Below the pieces are notes generated by a model, which ran no database searches, had not been told where the DNA came from, and saw only the letters and a program-made list of their open reading frames with translations. Shown here piece after piece: positions 50,701-60,715 of a stretch of 64,000 nt of DNA. The DNA is taken from contig CM082576.2 in NCBI GenBank assembly GCA_040954595.2, forward strand, positions 4,500,760 through 4,564,759. The letters run 5' to 3'. The translations under genes and the position numbers were made by a program. Position 1 is the first letter of the stretch; each line of letters opens with the position of its first letter. The stretch is from Balanoglossus misakiensis (lineage: Eukaryota > Animalia > Hemichordata).

Positions 50701-53342
50701 CTGTATCCCTCCTCGCCTGCGGCTCGGAGGGATACGGCCGCTATACGGGGAATCACTCGTCCGCGACGCAGGCACACTGGTTCGAAATACGGGGGAATTA
50801 TATATAATAATTCATAATACTTTCCCCCACAATGCCGTAATACATCAGCGATGTTTTGTTCAGATTTTTGGACTTTAGATTGGCGGGGGGGGGGGGGGGG
50901 GCGGGCATGGCAATTGGCCCTACCACGTAGACTCTGTGTGTGCCCAAAACTCTGTTCGGTAAATGAGAGATCGGGTTTAAGACTACAACTTGGAAAAGGA
51001 TAGGCTGGTCTCAACATACACTGCGAGACATTATTACACCCCTGTTGGAACATTTGCTGAATTTTCTTATCACAATGTCATCTTTCTTCATTATTCGTCA
51101 GCATGGTGACGCTGCTGTTGGAGTTCCCGGCGACTGGAGCATCGCTCGCTTTCCTCAAGATTGACGTGCTCCGTCTCTATAGTTACGTTGGTAGTTACGC
51201 CCTGTTCTACATCGCCAGCGAGGTCATATTCATGCTCTTTGTCCTGTATTACGTCGTCATAGAGATTTTGCGGATGAACAAGATGGGGTGTCGGTACTTT
51301 AAGAGCTTTTGGACTTGGGAAGAGGTGAGGTTTAGTTCGATGCATTTGAATCCCTGGGGATCACAGTATATTTGCAAGAATTGTTACCATGGTAACGAGT
51401 GTCGTACAATCCCCTAAAAACAAACAATTTCGAGATGGCAGACGAATTGATTCGGCGCACGCGTCAGTTGCTATCGCCACAGTGTCAAGGTTAAAATCCT
51501 CCCAAACCCGATCACTGCATTAAATCTAGATATCCCCTGTTTCTATTTCGTTGTGAATTAACACTTTTTTGTCGTCTTATGTCTGCAGATACTGAAAACC
51601 ACACTCAGTGTTGCCGGCATTGCCATTCATTTTTACAAGAATATTTTCTTAAGTAGAACCCTTGAAGAAATCGGTAATGATGGTAAGTATGTACACCCTT
51701 TGCCAATCTTTCTTCAAATCAAGAATTTTGATAGGCAAAAAAAATCTGAACGCCGTATTGTGGTGTTATGGAATTCTGTTGACCAATGTATTTTCTTTGT
51801 ATGTGTTTTTTTCCCTCGACAGCCACTGCCTTTTTGAACCTCCAGCGAATGACAGTTTGGAATGAACTGTTCGGTTACATCCTAGCCTCGGTTGTGTTCC
51901 TGTCGGTCATCAAATTCATTTATATCCTGCGATTCAACCGAAGAATATCACTCTTGTCTGCAACCCTCAAAGAGAGCTCCAGCGACTTGGCCGCGTTCTC
52001 TGTTCAGTTCGTCATCTTCATGTTAGCCTTCGGACAGTCGTTTCAACTGACGCTCGGAAGCGCCATGAACGACTACAGGTCGTTCTTCTCCACCATGGAA
52101 ACGCTATTCTCGGCCTGGCTCGGAATTTTCGATTACGACCTGACGACCGAAACAAACCGAATATTCGGACCACTGCTGTTCTTCACCTTCACCTTCTTCA
52201 TCTACCTGGTAATGACGACAATTTTCGTAGCCATGATCTTGAAGGCGTTTTCCTTGGTGAAAGCCGACAACGACAAACAGAAGAACGAGTACGAGCTGGT
52301 GGATTATCTCTGGGGACAACTGAAAGGGATTCTGGGCCTTGACTTATTCGACGAGGAGGAAGAGGAGGACGACGACGACGGTTACGTCGAGGAGGAAGCA
52401 GACGACATACTCGATGTTGTGTCGCGGATAACCTCCGCTCGACCGCCAAGGAAGGATTCCATCGATATTTTACTGGAACAGGTTCTGGCAATCGAGTCGC
52501 GCCTGGATCCGGAATATAACTCCTTCTTGAAAAAGGTTTGGAAGGGCAGGTAAGCTTATGTTGATATTATGACGGTTGTAAAAAAATAATTATCACATGA
52601 AATGGAGCTCCGACAAAAATGATGAAATTTGGCGAAAAGTGAGCAATGCCATTTTATTGAGTCAGTCACGTTTCCCTTGGTAACAAGCATGCCGTTTGGA
52701 AAGGTATGACACTGGCACCCTATTTTTCACAATTTTCGCTTCATTTGCAAGAAATCATTCAACGTGATGGTTTCTTTTTCTCCTGTCGTCTACAGCATGA
52801 AGAGCAAGGTAGTACACTACTACAAAGAGCCCGATGTTGACGTCATGATGAACAAATTCAGCGCCTTCGCCAAGACGAATCTGGAGTACTCGAAGAAGTT
52901 CGCGAGAAACCAACCGGCAGCCAAGAACCCGCACGGCATCGGCGCATGCGTCCTGTGCTTCACGAAGATCACCGCCAAGCTGATCGAGAAGCACCTGATC
53001 CTGCACTGCCCGACCATACGGAGGCACCGGGCCGAGATGTTCGTGAGCATGTCGAGCGCCATCCGGCGGGCCAGGCACCCGCTGATCATGGAGAGGGCCG
53101 GACTCTGGTGGAAGTTCTACCGAAACAACGCCAAGACCATCCAGTTGACCCGGGTCAACCCGATCACCAAGAAACTCGAGGTCAAAAGGGACACCATGAC
53201 CTGGTTCGATTTACCCAAGCTGGTGCGGGCGCGGCTCTCAAGAACCCTTCTGACTTATTTCCAGAAATCTCTGTACGAACGCTGGCAAAAGATGGACGAA
53301 AAAGATGCTTATTTCAACCTCCAAGATTTTATCAAAGGCTGA
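35750..53342 (+). CDS. Polycystin-1 family (PKD1-like/REJ-type) receptor, ~35 exons, ~2,750 aa: signal peptide, 3x LDLa-like, Frizzled CRD, 3x CUB, partial REJ, GAIN/GPS, TM1, PLAT/LH2, further TM segments, polycystin channel (TOP) domain, extended C-tail
   Basis: MAWLLVFVVLGMPFVYTQ signal; GPS CRYWD..GC|..[126 protein letters not shown]. Exon phases are compatible throughout. Confidence 0.93.
36024..37090 (+). other. Three LDL-receptor class A-like modules of the polycystin (exons 36024-36179, 36569-36718, 36962-37090)
   Basis: Six-Cys modules: CTSYEFECDSSQC..C..C.DG....C; CDVYEFPCGDDDCI..FCDG.NC; C..C..GCI....FCDGTSDCVDGLDEPENC. Confidence 0.75.
36220..36294. repeat. 75-nt near-perfect hairpin in polycystin intron 2
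   Basis: tgtggaaacgtagatgttccgctgggg..ggat / atcctcccccggcggaacagctgcgtttccaca. Confidence 0.8.
37305..37661 (+). other. Frizzled-type cysteine-rich domain exon of the polycystin
   Basis: CESITTDSCQAVLPY..YPN..CSKDMSFFVCAMYSPYC..PPCRSLCERIQTQC..NCTMYPETDC (10 Cys). Confidence 0.88.
37934..39566 (+). other. Three CUB-domain exons of the polycystin (37934-38269, 38436-38777, 39154-39566)
   Basis: CGG....HPNYPNSY....CAWYV; CGG..FSSPN..CEWHI; CGG..SPNYPSDY..CIWYI..LWVKFTSN....GGF. Confidence 0.88.
44149..44175. repeat. (TTTC)n microsatellite
   Basis: ttctttctttctttctttctttcttc. Confidence 0.7.
49430..49530. repeat. Three ~39-bp tandem units carrying AAAATGGCTGCC, probably an internal array of a dispersed repeat
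   Basis: aattcaaaatggctgcc twice plus the degenerate copy aatttaaaataggcgcc. Confidence 0.6.
49960..50810 (+). mobile_element. Non-autonomous Crypton-like element in a polycystin intron
   Basis: 23-bp inverted repeats at 49988-50010 and 50615-50637; ~165-bp palindrome at 50638-50803 centred on CTCGCCTGCGGCTCG; residual peptide ETVTDDEIQLMRDRRVLAKT. Confidence 0.6.
52796..53342 (+). CDS. Terminal exon of the polycystin gene: ~181-aa basic cytoplasmic domain with a CxxC-x11-HxxxHC motif
   Basis: Donor CAG|GTAAGC at 52550 and acceptor TCTACAG at 52795 are phase-compatible; strongly GC3-biased open frame to TGA at 53342. Confidence 0.75.
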
Positions 53343-54704
53343 CCATACACACCCACAATTCAAGATCAGTTTGATCTCACTTCATCGAACATGGCAATAT
53401 TAAGTTTGTATTTACTCCCTGTTTATATATAGTAAACTTCGAAATACGTGCAATAGTTATAGGAGAGTTGTCTATGATAAAGTTAGTTGTTTTGGAAATG
53501 AATATAATCTCAATTATCATATTTAATGTAAACCAGTATGTTATACATATGAAACTTATATTAAGATAAGTTCAATATAATATAAGAGTATTATAGTGCG
53601 TGATATCTAAGTATGTGTCGGGATGATAAAGTAAACGTCTCGTGTGACAAGAAGAATCGTCTATAGTTTATTTTTCAAGCTATTATTAGTAAAACATTCT
53701 CAAACTTCCTTACCACAGCGCTAGATCGTCGATGTAGTGCTTCAAAAGCGTATCCTATCCTTCGATCCTCTGTATATGGTCATGTGTAGATGAATTCATT
53801 GCAGCCATGGTTCGAATAGGTGTAGGAAACCATAGCAACCTTTGCGCATAAGCACACACATACCAAGTCTTAATACACTTATTCGAAATCATTGCGCAGG
53901 AATAAGTGGTGGCCGATTCTTACAGCAAAGCGTCATCGGACACATACAATAAAACCAACCTCCGTCACTTGACAGTACAGGTTGGCGTACTTTTTGTATT
54001 TTTCCCGCTCAACCAACCGCGGGCCCTTGAACCGGGGAATAAAAACCCCAGGTGCAATTATCCCGTTCTTCATTGTGAAGGAGTAAAAGAACGTCGATCA
54101 CGCGGCCAGAACACTTGTGACGTTGCATGCCAAAATGTACACATGCCAAGATACTTGCATTGACGTCACGGGACTGTCAGTGCCGGTTGCAAACTGTGAC
54201 CCCGCCAAGTATACAGGTCACCTGGCGGCGTAGCTTGCCATTTAGCGATGATGTAAGGAGACAAGAAGCTTTGCTTATTATCAGACCACGTCACATAACC
54301 AGACATTCTGTCAAACGAAGCAAGATGGTAACTGGATTCTGTCCAATTTTTGCATCAGTATTGGGAAGAGTTCAAGATCCCCTACGTGCATTCGTCGTGA
54401 TCCACAATCAAGAGTTGTTATTACATATCGACAACTGTTGTTTTGAATTGAATTATGTCATTTCAGTGGTGTTTGACACCATGCATGCAGAAAACCACTC
54501 AAGTTTTTCTTCCTTAGATTTGATTACAAAGTATGCACATTTAGTTATCTGAGTTATCATCCGTTTGCCGGTAATTTCGCAAACATATCAATTTGATATT
54601 CCTTACTCTAATGACTGGATGAATACAGTAGGAATACAATGGATTTGAGATAACCAAGCGTGCCCTGACCGTAATTGAACTAAACATAATGAACGTAATC
54701 TAAA

Positions 54705-54820
54705 TGAGGGAGAGTGGGGAAGGGAGAGATGTAGAGAGAGAGAGAGAGACATACAGAGAGATAAGGAGAGACAGACAGACAGACAGACAGACAGAGAGAT
54801 AGGGAGAGACAGACAGAGCA
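54705..54820. repeat. Compound (GA)n/(GACA)n microsatellite
   Basis: agagagagagagagac...acagacagacagacagacagacagagag. Confidence 0.85.
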
Positions 54821-57547
54821 TCTCCCATGATTACTGACCTGTCATATTAGCGTCTCCTTGGTAATTGAGAGCGGATCTATATTAGGTTTATCGTGTTTGA
54901 TTCCCGCGTAATGATGCAATAAAAGATTGTCTTATACTATATTTACTCTTGATAGTGAAATTATTACATCAACTGGGGATGTTAGCGCAGATTTATTTCC
55001 CGGTCGTACCAGACCCCGTAAGTCGGAGATTATGTGGCGGCGAGCGGAGGGTTAATCTCCTGCCTAAGTTGATTTCACAGGGATCCGGGGAGACATATTA
55101 CAATAGCTTTTCCCTGGGCTATCGCATTACAACTCCACAGCGCTTGATCAGCACACGTCAACACACCTCGCTCACACCTCGCTTTCTTTATTACACTTGG
55201 TCGTTGACTAGGGGGCGGGGGCTTAATCCACCCTCGAGGGAGTTGAAAATTAAACGAGACGAGGAAACCAAGACCACTTTCCCTGAGATTTATTATATTT
55301 CGTTAATCCCGATTTCACATCGTAGAAACCGATAACACTTTGACCAGATCCCAGAAATTTGACTGATGTATCGGATTTTCATAAAGCAAAAAGGGATCTC
55401 GATATTGCCATATGTCACCAAATCAATAATCCGATGAAAAACTAAACCCGACGAATGTAGAACACGACCCTGTTAACGCTTGTTTTTGTTATTATGGATT
55501 GTAATATTTTTGCATCCACTAGGATCCTCGCTGAGTGGTTCATTATTGTCGTTCGTCATTGCCAACAAACAACCAAATGTCAACGGAGGGGGTATACTTG
55601 CGGGCATGCATGCGCCCGTTATTTTAATACCAAGATTCATGTATGTAGGTGGAAGGTGATCCAAAATAATCAGTGCCACAGTTTGAAACTTATTGTGAAT
55701 GCCGAGGGACGTTAAAAGAAGCATTATATGATACCTTATTGCGCATGCTCCAATGATAATGGAAGATTTGGAGGATGCGCAAGGAAAACCACAACTGTTC
55801 AGTATTCAACACACTATAACACGGTTTGATCTTTCATGCAAAGGGGGGGGGGGGGCATCGCAAGACGATGGTACTAGTATTTTAAAGTATATGTTAAAAC
55901 TTGTAAATCAGAAGCTCGGTCTCAAAGTCAGTTTGGACTATTCCATTGTTCGAGACAGAACGCTGTGAAAATTGTTGATAAATATTAAAATTAATATCAT
56001 AAGTCTGCCTGCTATCCCACGCGCGACGAACAATCGACAGTTTAGAGTTGATGACTGTTTGAATTGAGGCCTTGTCGCTGTCATTGATATCGGGGCATCA
56101 ATGACATCGAAATTAAAAGGGCACCCTGTTTCTTCTGTATTGCCCAACTTTCTCTATAGGCTTTAATTTGTACAATCTCCACAGGTGTTAATACACAATA
56201 AATTATCAATATGCAATTATCTAAGGCTTAAACTGTATCTAGACAGTTGCAACGACTTTGCAGAATTAACACCGTGTGAGCGACAGAAGGGCAGTCTCAA
56301 ATAAGGACTGGTTTTCGCAAATTGTACAGGCGTTTTTATTATCAGACGGCGACAGTGGATACAGGGGTCATAAAAGGTCGGCAAGGGAATAATCAAATAT
56401 TAAAGCATGCGTCTTTCAATCAAAATTACATGTAATCGAGACATGTGCGTAAATTCTGACCCTGAAGGTATTTCTCCCCCCCCCCCATCGCTTCTTCTGA
56501 CGAAGCCCTAATCGCCACGTTTGTTGTAATAATTACGGGCGTCTCTTTGAATTGGTTAAAATCCCCTATTAGCAAACCTTCCATCAAGTTTAATCATTCG
56601 AATTTGAAGTCCGATCCCGGCATGCTCTGTCTCCGAACAACGGCGACGGGGTGAGAATTGAGCTGATGAATTAATTCATTTCAACGACAACAATGCAACA
56701 ACAGTTGTACTCTCGCAACTCATTGTTCCGTGCACATCCGCGACCTCGCTGCAATTTTCCAGGGATAGACTGTCACCTAGCAACCAAGAATGTATCAACA
56801 AGTACTATTCGGGTTCAGTTGAATACTAGGACGGAAACACATCGGCTTCGTTTTTTTTCTGCATATATCGACTAACGAATCCTATTGTCGGGTCGATAAT
56901 TTTGCATCAGAGATTCTTTCATGGATGGAAAACGTGTACCGCTGCCTGACGATTATACAATTTGGTGAATTCGAGTAAAACGTCACACTGTCAGAATATC
57001 ATCTCGGTGAACAAAAAAGGTGCGGCGTAGTTTTCGTTGTGATGACGCAGCATTGCGTTGAAGTAGCAGAACTTGGGTTCGGATTGCTCCCTTGTGCATT
57101 TCAGGGATAACCTAGGTGGTACTCTACGTATTCCAGAGACACCAATAAAATTCAGTAAGTAACGTCGGCGCGATGTTATCGGTGGCCTGATCTAAAGTGG
57201 ACATTTAAGACATGTTTGAAGAACGCATTTTGCGGTATCTAAGAATGTTGTGATATTTTACCTGTCGTTAAAAACAAGATTTAATGAATTGTTGAAAATG
57301 TCATCCTGATTTCTCTTGATGGAAGCGGGCGGAAGCGATTTGTCGCGTCTGCAGGGAGGAGCTTTCTACTCTAAGGACAGCCGGGATACTTTCCCATTTG
57401 CACCTACCTGAGTCTTGCGGGAGAAAGCGAACAGATGCGCCTTTGTCTTAAAATCTGACAAAGCTCTGTCTCTTCCTCATTCTACGGAGCTGGGTTGAAT
57501 CCGAACGTCTTGTGTCCGGGACTACCGTTTGGACAAGTTTGAAACCG

Positions 57548-59458
57548 ATGGAGAACCACACGCATCCGGCAGGCACCGAGACTTACCACGGCAACACGAC
57601 GTGGCCAGCCGCTACCAACAGCAGCAACAGCGTTTCACCTGTTACAATAACAAACGCGACCGATGGACTGGCGTTCTTTTATAATTCGACCGCGGCAAGC
57701 GACGCAAACTGGACGGACGAGTCGGTGCTGGCTCCGCTCGCAGTTTTCGCCGACTCGTACAACATCACGAGCGTCGACGTCGGCGGAGGCAACGACAGTG
57801 TCGTCATCACCGACGTGCAAACATTGTCATCGGGGGAATGGTATGCAAATCTTTCTGCTATTTTCTTCAATAACCTTTCGCAGGTAAGCCAGACGCCGAA
57901 CGGGGAAATTCACGCGCTGTCTCTATCGTTAACTCTGCTGATTCATTTTTCGTCGGGCTTCGCCAGCCTGTTGACGTTTTTCGGCAATCTCCTGGTGTTG
58001 GTCTCCGTGAAACTGGACCGTCGCCTGCAGACGGTGACGAACCTGTTCCTCGTCAGTCTGGCCGTGTCTGACATGATCGTGGGTATATTTTCCATCCCCC
58101 TTTACACGGTTTATTTAACGTTTGGCTACTGGCCACTGGGACCTACTTTGTGTGATCTGTGGCTCACCATTGACTACGCACTGTGCACCACGTCCATGTG
58201 GAACATCGTGGTGATCAGCATCGACCGCTTCCTCTCCGTCACCCGCCCCATGAGTTACCGGTGCAAGAGGACGGCGCGCCTGGCGATATGCATGATTTTG
58301 CCCGTGTGGATTGTGCCTCTGATAGCCTGGGGCATCGCAATCATTGGCTATCCGCATTTCGTCGGGAAAAGAACTCTAGCACCAACGGACTGTCAATTAC
58401 CCTTTATTGCCGATCCCTTATTGAATTCGATCATTGCAATCACCGTGTATAGTGTACCCACGGTTATCATGCTCGTTGTCTGCGTCACAATTTACAGAGA
58501 GACGTCTCGTTTCAACGTGCGTAAAGTGCAATCACGCGATACGTCCATCACCACCGCAACCACCACCACCACCACACCCCTGACATCAATCGCCAGCACG
58601 CCCCAGGGCTCCTGCCAGGACTTCAGGTCCAGCGTTCGCGGCTACCGACACATGAACGGTCAGAAACCACGCGAAGGTTTCAGGTTCCTGGCGGGTCACC
58701 GTCGGCTCAAGGAGACACCTTGCAAGAACGGTGTCCCGGAGATAAATATAATGGTTGACGACGACGGCGAATATGATGAACAAACGGGCCGCGCGCGCGA
58801 AACCAAGAACCCGGGGAAACACAACGCGCGAAAGTGCATCTCCGACCCGACAAGTTTAGCCGCGAGGAAGAGGCGAAACGGCAGCCGCGCCGCGAGAGAC
58901 CGCAGCCGCGACAACTGCAACGCAATACCATCCACGCTGGCAGTGCCGCAGAAACAGAGGCCGAGCTCTCTTGTCTGCCGGCGGAGGAGGCAGCAAAGTT
59001 CGCTTCGGGGCAGCTACCGTTCACACAAACCGCGATCTCATTCCATGGGGTCCCTCTCGCGCGGCGCCCACCCGACCCTCACCGAGAAAGGATCACGACT
59101 GCCTATGCTGGGATCAGTCAATCTATCCCACAGGATGGCGACGCTGAACAGGGACAGGAAAGCCCTGAAAACGCTAGGTGTCATCATTTTCACCTTTCTC
59201 TTGTTCTGGACACCGTACCACGTCCTGGTGGTGTGGCTGGGCATTTGCAATTCGTGCGTCGACGACCGGGTCTACGCCTTCAGCTACTACTTGTGTTACC
59301 TGAACAGTACTTTCAACCCGTGGGTCTACGCCTTTTGTAACAAGACGTTCAAGGAAACCTATATTCGCATTTTGTCCTGCAGAAGAAGGAAATTTTTCGA
59401 ACAACCAGAGGGAAGATGTAGCTTCCGTATGATTGATGAAGATAATTCTCAGTTCTAA
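57548..59458 (+). CDS. Class A aminergic GPCR with intronless CDS, muscarinic acetylcholine receptor-like (~636 aa from the first ATG)
   Basis: GNLLV..LQTVTNLFLVSLAVSD (TM1-2); GYWPLGPTLCDLWLTIDY..IDRF (TM3 with Asp3.32); long ICL3; KALKTL..FWTPYH (TM6); YYLCYLNSTFNPWVY (TM7). The ORF track start at 57512 is non-ATG. Confidence 0.9.
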   Translation: MENHTHPAGTETYHGNTTWPAATNSSNSVSPVTITNATDGLAFFYNSTAASDANWTDESVLAPLAVFADSYNITSVDVGGGNDSVVITDVQTLSSGEWYANLSAIFFNNLSQVSQTPNGEIHALSLSLTLLIHFSSGFASLLTFFGNLLVLVSVKLDRRLQTVTNLFLVSLAVSDMIVGIFSIPLYTVYLTFGYWPLGPTLCDLWLTIDYALCTTSMWNIVVISIDRFLSVTRPMSYRCKRTARLAICMILPVWIVPLIAWGIAIIGYPHFVGKRTLAPTDCQLPFIADPLLNSIIAITVYSVPTVIMLVVCVTIYRETSRFNVRKVQSRDTSITTATTTTTTPLTSIASTPQGSCQDFRSSVRGYRHMNGQKPREGFRFLAGHRRLKETPCKNGVPEINIMVDDDGEYDEQTGRARETKNPGKHNARKCISDPTSLAARKRRNGSRAARDRSRDNCNAIPSTLAVPQKQRPSSLVCRRRRQQSSLRGSYRSHKPRSHSMGSLSRGAHPTLTEKGSRLPMLGSVNLSHRMATLNRDRKALKTLGVIIFTFLLFWTPYHVLVVWLGICNSCVDDRVYAFSYYLCYLNSTFNPWVYAFCNKTFKETYIRILSCRRRKFFEQPEGRCSFRMIDEDNSQF

Positions 59459-60504
59459 ACAAAATAGGGATTATCCGTGATTGCGAAAATATTCATAAAG
59501 CCCCAGCGTAAAGGCTTTTTTTCAACCTCTGGTAAAATTGCCCACATTCACGTCTTGTCAATCTCGCATCTCCCAAAACACTGTCTCCCTGGCAACAACA
59601 AGCCCCGGGAGCAACAACACGTCGTATAGCGTGGGATGTTCACTTATAATTTCAAAACGATTACATTGTCGTAAAATGCGCCTTAGCTGCTGGTTATTAC
59701 GATCCTCTGTCGTACATAAATCGTCCGGTTGCCATTCACAAGACAATCATGCTATCTTCGATATCGCGCTGATAGTAATTCCATAATTAAGAGTCATTTA
59801 TCATTTAATACTCGCTGAGCAAAGTCTACATTTCCACTGATGTTTCTTGTACATAGTAATTTAATCATGTACTGAATATTCCAGTAGTTTTATAGTCCAT
59901 CCTCGGTACTAAATTCGACAATTCTGACGTGACTTTTCCGACCATAGTTTATTGGAAAATAAAACTCATAAACCAGGCCGCCGACTTTTTCTTGTATTAC
60001 TCGGAAACCTAGCGTTGGATTTCGTTGTGGATATTTACGGCAGAGTCAGCTGATTTGCCAGACAAGACGGCGATATCATCGGCACTGCATACATCACAGG
60101 GATAAAGTGCTCTGTAGGTAAAATACGAGGAAGCATCGTTTTGTTTTGTGCCCCTCCCCCCTCCAGGTGAGCACACACACCCTGGCAGGATCCATCACTG
60201 AGACGGCATTGAAACAAACGACGCGTACGGGATCGTGGGAGTAATTTCGACTTGGACACGCCCCCATCCGCGTTCACAAGTGAACCCCACACACAGTGCA
60301 CTTGAGCTGGCGGACTTTTACGGTTTACGGTAATCGTTCGGCAAAGACGGTTTTGTGATTCAGAATTGCACTTGTGAATGGAGAGGCTGCCACTCACGAT
60401 TCCTGTCACGAAAGGAAGAAATCCATACAATATCGGAACTTGCCCAGAGGTCATTGATTAAAACATGTCAATCTCTTCGTAACACGATCCAGTGAACAAG
60501 TCCA

Positions 60505-60715
60505 CGCGGTATTGGCGTGTGCGTATATAAACCGAGCGTGCGTGTAGCCCACCGTGTCCATAGCGTTCACAGAAAAAAACACCCAAACATTTATTACTGT
60601 AACAGCAGCAGTCAAAGTGAAATGACTTGTTTATATGCCGTTGATATTTTGAATTGCTTGAGGACTGTGTTTTATTTATATCACACTGATATTAAGTCAA
60701 CTGGAACGAGTAAGA
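60505..60715 (+). promoter_or_regulatory. Candidate TATA promoter and first exon of a downstream gene
   Basis: ATTGG at 60511, TATATAAA at 60524, and a possible donor GA|GTAAGA at ~60710. Confidence 0.25.

Noticed and set aside
58834-59340. 168-aa alternative-frame ORF inside the GPCR
   Set aside because: Expected by-product of GC3-rich coding sequence; non-ATG start.
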